The translations under genes were made by a program, and so were the position numbers. From Paragordius varius (Eukaryota; Animalia; Nematomorpha): DNA of 64,000 nucleotides. Of the stretch, positions 53,949 to 64,000 are shown one piece after another. Numbering within the stretch: position 1 is the stretch's first letter; each line of letters begins with the position of its first letter. The notes under the pieces are model-generated. The model worked only from the letters and a program-made list of their open reading frames with translations, was not told the origin of the DNA and made no database searches. The DNA lies in contig OZ176057.1 in the NCBI GenBank assembly GCA_964247055.1, forward strand, positions 2,170,001-2,234,000. Reading direction: 5' to 3'.

Positions 53949-56900
53949 TTAGAAAGCGAAAATTTTTTATAAAATCAAATCAAATGAAATATAGACTAAT
54001 AGACTCATATTTATACTTTAACTCGAATTAGTTCTGCGAAATATTCACTAGCTGGTACGCATTTCAGTACTTTAACCTTTTATTTAAAGCAAGGTAAAAA
54101 TTACAACGAAAATAATATATTTCTTGGTAAATTTTTAAATTTTTAGAAGGTATATGCAGTTTGAGTAAACATCAAGCTGGGTGTTTGTTTTAAGTCGATT
54201 TCTTTTAATTTATTGTAATATGTAATTGCTATAATTTCGATGTTTAGGAAATGAATTAAATTACGCATATACAATTTAATTTTTATTCTAAAATTTTAGA
54301 TCGGGCAAGTTTTCACTATATTAATTTCCGTAATTTTTTTGTTTTAAAGGTTGAATTAATTTTACTAGCACCTTAAAATATCTCAAAACATTAAACCTAT
54401 TTAAATCACTTATAAAAAAAATATTTGATATAAATTGGCTAAAAGGGTGTAATGTTTGTAATTGACATATCTGTTGCCATGTATAAGAATATTCATTTTA
54501 TTGTGTACATTTTTTTCTACGAATCTAAACAATGTAACGAATAAAAACGATAAATCCCATACATGACAACAAACATTTAAATCCCGTTTTAACCAATTTA
54601 AAATGGCCAATTATTATGATTAACGCAATCAAGGTTATGGTAACTAACTAACATTTATTATAGTTTCAATAAAAATAATTTTACACTTTATATGTTTAAT
54701 ATGAAATATGTAGTCAATAACATTTTGTTGTTAAGGTTAAATTATATATTTAAATATGGAAAAGATATGTAAAATTTTATAAATTTCATAATTCAAAAGT
54801 TCATGAGGCTCCTCTAATAATATAAAATAAATGGTTATAAATGAAGGTTTTTAAATGTTTTGAAATTTAAAGCTATTAAATTTTACCTGGTTTTTACTAC
54901 GAAAAATTATTGTTAGAGCTCACATCCAAAAACAAAATTGTTCGCCTATGTGTAATATCAATCGATTTCAACCTTAAATAAATAAATAATAGTTGTTTTC
55001 GTCTACCTAGTTAGAATAAAATATATTTGTTTAATATAATGTATAACATCTAAATTTAATTGTTCTATAAGGGGTTCCCAACACAAATGGCTTCCCAGGC
55101 TGTATTTTGAAAATAGATTTGCAAATAATTTATTAGATTTCAAATATAAAACTGCAAAATAAAAACGAAATGTAGCAATATTTCTCGCTCTTGCTATATA
55201 TAGATAGATTTATTTTGAAAAATGGCCTAAAAATTATCGTTTTATGAAAACGTATTTGCAGTTACACTAACGAACAAATTTTGACTTTTTTTTACTGCCA
55301 TTCTTATAAATTAAAATTATTTCATTAAGGTACATAAATAGCATAAAATAAAGTTGGTTTAAATTTTAAGAATTTTTTTTATTAGGTGTTTATCGAAAAT
55401 TTTTAGGCGATTTAACATTAAATTCGAAATTTCAAATTTAACAGTTTAAGATATAGAGTGATGTTTTTTATATCATTCGAAAGAGCGCAAAAAATTGTAT
55501 CTTTGGAATCGTAGTTGGTCATTTAAACCAATCTGATGTGAAAGTTAATTGAGTTTATATGGTCAAAATTTTCAACCCTTAAATAAGTCAAAAATTTTCA
55601 CAGACAAACTAATTTAATATAAATTATTATAATAGAATTATTGGGGTTACATTCGTATAAAATTTGAAAAAATCTCTGGAAAAGCTTTTGGTTTGCTTTT
55701 TTAATAAAAAAAATTTATGCATAAATATCCTTATTTAAAATAAACTCACGATAAATTATCTGAAAATCTATTTCTTCATTAAATTAGACATATTTTAATA
55801 TCATTCTTCTAAAAACTTTTATGTTTTTTTATCAATTCTGAAGAAAGCATAGTTGATTCAATTTGCATTACTGAGAAAGGCTTTTTCACCAGATCTTACT
55901 GATATTAAATAAACACATAATATATCAATATCAATGAACTAGAACAAATATAAGGTATTAATATATCAACAATTTTAATTGACAAACTTTCTATTTTTAT
56001 ATCATCAAATATTTTAAAAATGTTATGACTCAGTCAGCGAACCATGATTAGGCAAAATAGTATCCTAATCCAATAATTTTTTTGTTAAAAGTTATTTTAA
56101 AATTGTATATAACTATCCTAAAATAAGATAAAAACGTACAACTCAATTTTAAAACTAACTTTGTTATATCTGCTTGGAACTGTAGTTTCTCTCATAAATT
56201 TTAAAATTAATCATATTTATTTAGGTTTACGGGATATTTGTTCAAATTTTTATTATAATTTTGGGGTGTCATATACATTTTTGGCAAAGTTAACTCTTTA
56301 GTATTTACGCTTAATTCTATATTACCAAATAAATGGTTATTAAACAATGAGTCATTAAAAAAGTAACTCACGGATTTTAAATATATTTAAAGATGAATCT
56401 GCAAAATTAAAAATCTAAATATTAGCTTTTTAAATTTATATCTATAAAAATAATAAATGTAGCTAGGTTAGTTAAATCATCCAAACTTCTTTATACAATG
56501 ATTCGGCGCCTATTTCCTCAACTCTACCTTTATAAATTAAACTTAAATAATTTAACTTAGATGGTTAAATGACACTTTTCTATATATTCATAAACACCAT
56601 CTTTTGAAAAGAAAAAAAGCATTGTTTATAATACGATTCATAGAAATACATTTAATCAATTTTAAATGTTTACAATCGCCTTTAAATTGTTGATATTGAA
56701 TGCATGAGTATTGATCGGCCTCGCATTTTAGATTAGTTCTGTTAACCTGTTTATTCGCATGAGTCTAATTCCTCACTCTAACCCGGTCTTATGTCTGTTC
56801 TTAATTACATCCCAATCAAAATTTAAAAATATATACAAATATTTTTTGAAAAGCCTGATTGGAAAATATTAACCTAATTATATCTATTTTGAGAATGTAA

Positions 56901-58129
56901 TAGGAGAGTCAATAGTTAAATTGACAGGAAACAAAACTTGATGAAACAGTAGATTATATTTGTTAATTAAAAGTAATAAACTAGATATATGTCTATCGGG
57001 CCTGTAAATAAAACGTGAGACGTCGATTTATACAATGTGACATTAGCATAAAAATTATTTGAAAATTATTCACTTTGATCATTAAATTAGTAAAGAAAGA
57101 AGAAGCTGCATAATTTATTAATTTTTTACTAGTAAAATAAGCCCGGTTTTAGTTTGACAGGAATCGATTCAGATATGTTGAGATAATTCTGACCCAAGTT
57201 TTTTGATAATCACTATAATTTCAGCTCCAAAATTTGGATTGCCCATAATATTTTGAACCCCGACACTCCAGCTTCATACTTGAATCACGGTCCCGATTCT
57301 ATTCAAAAAACGTGACCCTAATGATTTATTTGTTTAAAAAATGATTATGGATTGCTATAGCTAAATTATCCAAGACAATCATTTTATATGATGTTTTATT
57401 ATGTATTTTAATTCTGTCTTCCAATTAAAATGTAAAGTTGAGTAACTAGATACAGCGATTGCATTACCCTCTCTCCAATTGTATTAAAGAAAATACCTCG
57501 CAAAATGTAATAATTGGGCTATATATGGTCATACCAGCTTTGTATTGTTTTTGTTATAGCTGTGGTCCCTGTTGAACGGATTAGGTTCCCAGATATGAGT
57601 AGTGTCAAACCTGGTAGATGTTATAATAGGCATATTATTAAAATAGTTTTTTTAAATTTTGGTAGAGTGCTTCCTTTTTAGTAAAAAACACTATTAAAAA
57701 TAATTGTCTTAGTTTCGGATTTCCACGATTCAAATATAAACTAAGTAAAGTTAGCAAACCTTTGATTTTTTTTTAAAAAACAAACGCAACATCCCCAGAA
57801 CCACACTTGGTTTAGTTCTGATAATCCTTGAAAATGATAATTAATTTATTTTTATATTTACCATGTAATAGGATTATATCAACTAATTATTGCTTTAAGA
57901 AAACAAGTTAAATTAATATCTATTCTAAAATTATCCGGTTATTCTAGGCAACCTTTTTGCCGTAATTGTTGCAGTCCATAAAATTAAAAAAGTGTATGTG
58001 TTCGCAATAAATAAAGAGAAAATTATAATAATTAGGAAAACATAAAAGCCTAGCAAACATTCGAATTTTTGTGAAATTGGAAGGATCATTTTCCCCACAA
58101 TGTTAGATGATGTTAAATAGGACCAAATG

Positions 58130-58580
58130 TGAGCAAAAATATATCAGTCCCATAACGTCGGATCTCAAAACCATAGAGATGACGTGTGACAATGAATTAA
58201 TATATTACTGAATAGGAGTGAAAGCGTTGGTCAAGATGTGTTGGAGATGAAGTTGTTCACACGTTTGTAGATGGGTAGAAAGTCACGGGATTTAGAGACT
58301 TACACACCTTATACCCCAAGGTGCTAAAAGGAAAAAAATTAGCATTGCAAACTGTGGTTCAGCTAATATGGCCTGAATGATAGAAGGGTCAATGATTGGA
58401 AAGCAATCAGGTGTGCTGGATGTGAGAAGGACAGATATTGCAAGGACCCAACAAAGTTGCTATAGATACGGGTAAATAAATCGTCAAAAAGTGTGCGGCA
58501 GTGATGAGGCAATGCTTTAGGTGAGGGGTGGGTGACTATCTTAGAGTTGCTGTTAAAGGACAATAAATTGGGTTAACACG
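58130..58580 (-). pseudogene. Highly decayed Copia-like reverse transcriptase fragment
   Basis: Minus frame NSKIVTHPSPKALPHHCRTLFDDLFTRIYSNFVGSLQYLSFSHP resembles the Copia RT segment (K)PVTTP..SPKL....[14 protein letters not shown].FTRPD; locally higher GC; downstream is scrambled. Confidence 0.45.
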
Positions 58581-58719
58581 ATGAGTGGGAATTATGGCAA
58601 AATTGATGATTTAGGCTGTTGGCTGAATGCGAAATGGGATGGTAATGCGAATTGCATGGTATGTTATGACGGAACAGTAACTTGGACATGTGATGGGCTT
58701 ACCGTAAATCTTATTGAAA

Positions 58720-58721
<2 letters not shown>

Positions 58722-58758
<37 letters not shown>

Positions 58759-58789
58759 CACACACACACACACATACACACACACACAC

Positions 58790-58835
<46 letters not shown>
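58722..58835. repeat. Compound (CA)n(TA)n microsatellite; pure (TA)n tracts also at about 13358, 17140, 26595, 32967, 49362, 51423 and 52372
   Basis: Directly visible dinucleotide runs. Confidence 0.95.
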
Positions 58836-58838
<3 letters not shown>

Positions 58839-60561
58839 TTTTGTGACATTTGATATGTTGTAGCCCGTTAGATGGTTTGGACGGCACATGGGAGCACCTT
58901 ACTTTAAAAAACTGTATGCCGAAAATTTTGGTGCGAGATTGTTAGCGGTGGAAACCGAACTGTTACTATAATTATAGGCCAATAGTAATTGTTTATTATA
59001 GAGTACTTTTAATGTAGCATTAATGACCGTACATATATAGGAAATAGTTTTCAAGTTCGGCTTTGGTCGTATATTTACAATCTTACTCACTACCTAATAG
59101 TTTCTGACCATTAGCACCACAAGCGTAACTTTCAATTCACCCGTCTAATGTCTAGAACGGAATCAAGGTTGAAAAAGGAAAAAAGTTATCTTGGCAAAGC
59201 CTCAGCTGAGGTTATCACATGTTAAAAAGACTAGATGCCAAATTACCCACCTACAGTTGAAACAACCTTAAGATATTGTTAGGTCTTCAAATATAGGATT
59301 AGGAAAGTCGGCACGTGATCAAAAGATTTGACAATGATATTTTTCAAGTGGTGTAAGAGGATTTTTGGATTATATTGATAAAAAATGCATAAATTAAAGA
59401 GTTGATTAAATCACGAACAATGGTAAACGATCAATAGCTCGTGGCTATCCTGTGCAGAGAAACTTAATCAAGCAAAAAAGAGATGAAAAATATAATCTTG
59501 ACGTTAGTTTAGTAGTTTGTGTATGGATTTTAACCAATCAAACCATAAACCACTGATTAGTTAATTCAAGAGATTAATCAACAACAAATTAATTATATAG
59601 TAGAATTAGCTGGCACGCTCATGCCTCGCTGTGACGCAGTCTCACCAATAATTATTCCTTATAATTTGCAATCAATAATGGAGATAAATAAATAGTAAAA
59701 AAACATATTTAATAAATAGAATGTTTTTAATTTGTTTACTCGAAATCGACCATATTAAAACTTTCCTTTAGTTGATATTCAAATATCAATGGATTTATTT
59801 TAATTATCCTACGTAATAATGGTTAAAGTATAATAAAATCGTGTTCACACAGCTGGTTCCAAGGGATATAAAAAGTAAATTAATTGTGGTCCCTTTTTAA
59901 GGAAATTATATTATTCAAATTCCCCAGAAATGTGTTTAGTTGAACTCGTATGGCTTCCTAAGTTTTTTGAAAATTAGTGCCAAACCACACAATTTTTGTG
60001 TAGCGTATCAGGTTTTAACCGGTGGACCACTACCCATAGACCATATGGAAAAAACGCTGATTTAAATTCTTTGCCTTTATAGGGCAAATATTTGTAATCA
60101 TATTTGATACCATCATCTCACGGGTTACACAAAAAAATACCTCAACAATAAATAATCGTTATAGGATGCTTTAGGGCATAAAGGCCCCAAATTAACGGCT
60201 AATACCTGACCTTTATTTTTACCTAGTAACGGGTAGCAAGCTTTTAATGAGCTCATAAGGCTTCATAAATTTTCTAAAAATTAGCTCCAAAAGAACGCAA
60301 TTTGTATATAGTGGCGCAGTTTTTGGCCTGTAGCTCCTTACCCAGGGGCAGGTATAAAAAAGGCGTTGGGCAAAATTTTTGCCTTTATATGGGGAATATC
60401 TGGAATTATCATGAATTCCATATTTCTATTAGACTTATAGATTTTCTGAAATTTGGCTCCAAAGGCATGCTTATCGAGACGCAGTTTTACGCGGGTACCC
60501 CCTATCCAGGAGCGAAACAAAAAACGCTCGATTTAAATTTTTGCCTTAATTCGGGTTGATA

Positions 60562-63500
60562 TGTAGTTGATATGACACAGCATTGCATCATTGTCTTTTT
60601 CTCTTACATTATATTATTATTATATTAATCGCGTTTGGCGCTTATTTTCTTGCGTCATCATTCGTGGAATTCTTAAATAAATAATCGTAGAATAAATAAT
60701 ATTCGCACAATCATGACGCACATTCATGTTATTAACTAATAAAAAGTATAAATATCACGAAATTTTAATAAATGGACATTATTTGTAATATGACGATATA
60801 TTTTACATTTGGCGACGAGGATGGAGATTTCAATTGAAGGATACGATAACACTTATGATTTTGCCACCTACATCAGATATGTCAAAAGGGTTATGATCTC
60901 CAAAAATGTTGATATTAGATAGTATCAAAGTACTGTGTTAGGCTGGAGCTGGTCTTAAAACAATTAATAAGATCGAAACAATGATATTTCCAGAATCTAT
61001 TGATGATAATCCTTGTTCCATAATTCATGACATTGGTCTTAAATTCTTTTCACCCGCTAAATCTGTCTTCGTTGCAAAGTTTGGGTTTACTCGTTTGCGG
61101 AGAAATGATGAGAAACATTTACGAAATTTTTGCAGAGTCAAGAGTGTGGCGGAAAAGGCTGAATATCAAACAGAGGTGGAGAAGAGAATTAGAGACAGTT
61201 TTGTGGCTGGATTAAACTTGCAATCATTGGAAGTGGATCTTTATTCACGATTCCCTGATGCGAAGTGGATGGGAAGGCGGTGTCATTAACCACTATTGTC
61301 GACATGGCCTTGGCTCAGGAAGTTGCAAGGGCTGATATTGCCTCCCATGTGTCGTCAAGCAGTATCCTCAAAATTCAAAAGAATCGGCCGAATGATAATA
61401 ATAATAGTAATTATAATAATCATAATATGGAATATAAAAAAGATGATGGCAATAATGATAAATGGAAGCGGAGATGTGACAAATGTGGTAAATCGCATAT
61501 ACCAAAACAATGTCCCACATTCGAAAAAACATGCCTCAATTGTTATAAAAAAATCCTTTTCAGGCAATGTTCGCCATAAAAAATGATATAGTGATAATAT
61601 AAACGCTAATTATTAATAAATTAGAATGTTTTGTGACGGAAGAAGAGCTATCTCCGATATTTGGGCTGCCTTGGATCATTGGTTGTGGTATGACCTTATC
61701 TGATAACATGAAAGTTAATCAAATAACATTTAATAATAATGATGATCATAATATGTATTCAAGCGGTTTCCAAAACTCTTTAACGGAAAATTGGGTTGTT
61801 CCTACGGTGATCCTGTTAAATTGTATGTTCGATCAGATGCGATATCAAAAGTCTGAGCTGCACGGCTAATTCATTTGGCACCTAAAGTAGAGATGGAAGT
61901 GCAGAGACTGATGGACCTGGGGATAGTGAATCCCATTGATCCTAAAAAACAACATAAGTGGGCGACTCCCACGGTGAACGTCGTAAAAACTTATAGGGAA
62001 ATTAGGGTGTGCACTGATTTCCGGGTAACAATTAATTCTTTGATGGAGAACATATCTCAGATTATCCCAACATTTGACACGATCGCGTCTAAATGTGACG
62101 GATCCACATGGTTTTCGTCCATTGATTTAAAGGACGCTTATCTTCAAATTTCGGTGGATGAGGAGAGCAAAAAATATTTGGTAATTACTATCCAGATGGG
62201 ATATTTCCAATTTAATCGTCTACCATTTGGATTAAAGGTTTCCCCCATGCTTTTCCAAAGAATAATGGGTGAGGTTTTCAAAGAATGTAGGGGCAAATTG
62301 GCTTAACTCGACGATGTATTGATTGTTGGTAATACGAAAGATGAACATGATAGAACGAGACCCTAGCAAGGTTACAAAAATTCGGTTTTAAGTTAAGGAA
62401 AGATTAACTGAAACTTTATCAGAACAATATTAATTTCCTGGGTTTGAACTCTCAAAACAAGGAATTCGTCCTGTACAAGATAAAATTGACGCCATTACGA
62501 ATGTGCGACACCTACCAATAAAACTGAGTTAGCATCGTTTTTGGGATTACTCAATTTCATGAACGCTTTATCCCTGGCTTACATGTCAAAGTTAGAAATT
62601 TACATGCACTAACAAGATTCAAAAAGGAATGGAGATGGTTAAAAGAACATCAAAATGAATTTAAGCAAGCAAAAAACTTAATATCAAGAGAATCTTTACT
62701 GGCCACTTATAACATAAATTATAAAACAATAATGCGAGTGGATGCGTCTCTACAAAAAGCTGTACTTCAGCAAATGGAGAATGAGAGAATGGTACCAATT
62801 GCATTCGCGTCAAGAAAACGCCAGAATGCAGAAAAATTATTCTTTGATTGAATTGGAAACCAAGGCTTTGCTATTTGGGTTAGAAAAATTCCATTATTAT
62901 ATATATGGCCAGAAATGAGAGGTCTGGTCAGGTCATAAGCCGTTAGTTCATTTATTCGGAAACAATCGGAAGTTAAGTGATATTAAAAACTGTAAATTGT
63001 TAAGATGGATCTATATGCTTTTGATAGAAATATATCGCGGGATCGACAAACATGGCCGATGTGTTTTCAAGACTTCCCGAAAAGAGTCAGACAACATTAG
63101 CTAAGGATGATGAATATGTGGCCGAACAAATCCGACAAATCGCATTTGTGGATTTAAATTTGAATAAAACCCAAATAAAAAAAGATTGTTTGGAGGATAA
63201 GCTGTTTAAACGATTACGTATGCCACTAAAAAATAATAATTGGTCAACACCGGAAATATCCTCAATTAAAGCCGTGAAATGACCTTAAACAAGCTGGTTT
63301 CTTATATGTTAGTGATCGGTTAATTATCCCAACAGCTGCGCGAAAACGAATTTTGGCTTGGTTTCATGTTGGACATCCGGGGATCGTTTAAATGGAACTT
63401 CATTGTGGGAATATGGGAAAGACTCTATGTGGACATCGCGGGTCCCATGTGTGGTAAATGTTGGTTGGTTTTAATTGACGCGTTCTCAAGATGGGTGGAG

Positions 63501-64000
63501 GTGGAGATGCTAAACAGTATTACTTCTAATGTGATTTGAAACAATTGGAGAAATGGTTTGCATCTTATGGTTTTCCAAGAATGTTAGTATCTGATAATGC
63601 TACTTATTTTAAATCGTATCAATTTTCGAGAAAAGATAACAAACTGGAACATTAATCATGTGACGTCTGCGCCTTATCATCCAAAAACGAAGGGTTTGGT
63701 GGAACGAGTGATTTACACGTTGAAATCAAGATTTCGTTCTACGATGATGACTGGTATAAAGAGTCAAGAGGCTTTAAATGATGTTTTATTGGCCTATTAA
63801 AACTCGTGGCATAATGAAATAAAGACGACTCCCGCATCGTTGTTTTTGAAGAGGAACATCAACACACCGTTGAATTGATTGCAAGATAAAGAAGCGCCGA
63901 AAGAAAGTACGCCACCAATACCGTGAGAGTTCACACCCTCACAACAAATTTTCATAAAGAATGATAAAACGAAATGATGGCGATCGGGAATGGTGGAAGT
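60562..64000 (+). mobile_element. Decayed Gypsy (Mag-like) LTR retrotransposon running off the window: 5' LTR about 60562-60807, PBS 60810-60824, fragmented gag, RT, RNase H and integrase
   Basis: TGT...ACA LTR followed by TGGCGACGAGGATGG (complementary to the 3' end of tRNA-Ser(GCT)); gag Cys motif CDKCGKSHIPKQCPTFEKTCLNC; RT WATPTVNV, IDLKDAYLQI, FNRLPFGL; integrase SAPYHPKTKGLVER; many stops and frameshifts. Confidence 0.88.
60810..60824 (+). other. Primer-binding site (tRNA-Ser GCT) of the Gypsy element
   Basis: TGGCGACGAGGATGG lies 2 nt after the LTR-terminal CA and is the reverse complement of CCAUCCUCGUCGCCA, the tRNA-Ser(GCT) 3' end. Confidence 0.75.

Noticed and set aside
58581-58889. 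ORFs with TH/CV/IY repeats
   Set aside because: Translation of the (CA)n(TA)n microsatellite.
59840-60560. Internally repeated AAAAAACGCT.GATTTAAATT.TTTGCCTT block upstream of the LTR
   Set aside because: Probably another non-autonomous element, but termini and TSD could not be defined, so it is not called.

Overview
Very AT-rich eukaryotic (most likely animal) genomic DNA, not prokaryotic. Four intron-containing genes can be rebuilt by hand with consistent splice phases. (1) A 5'-partial myocardin/MRTF-like gene on + (3 RPEL repeats, basic box, SAP domain). (2) A complete TMEM41B/stasimon orthologue on -, whose first two introns are only 22 and 27 nt. (3) A 21-exon R7-family RGS gene on + (DEP-DHEX-GGL-RGS, RGS9/11-like), with a long tail carrying four exon-terminal CPW[ED] motifs and a possible short alternative last exon. 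(4) A secreted, heavily N-glycosylated LRR-like gene on - with one in-frame TAA. The rest is dense in transposons: an intact RTE-clade LINE in RGS intron 1, a decayed Mag-type Gypsy LTR element at the right edge, mariner, RTE and Copia-like remnants, and many MITE/foldback families. These include a TTAA piggyBac-like MITE with asymmetric ends that twice inserted into its own sister copies. Gene models are manual predictions without transcript support. No rRNA, tRNA or CRISPR array was found.
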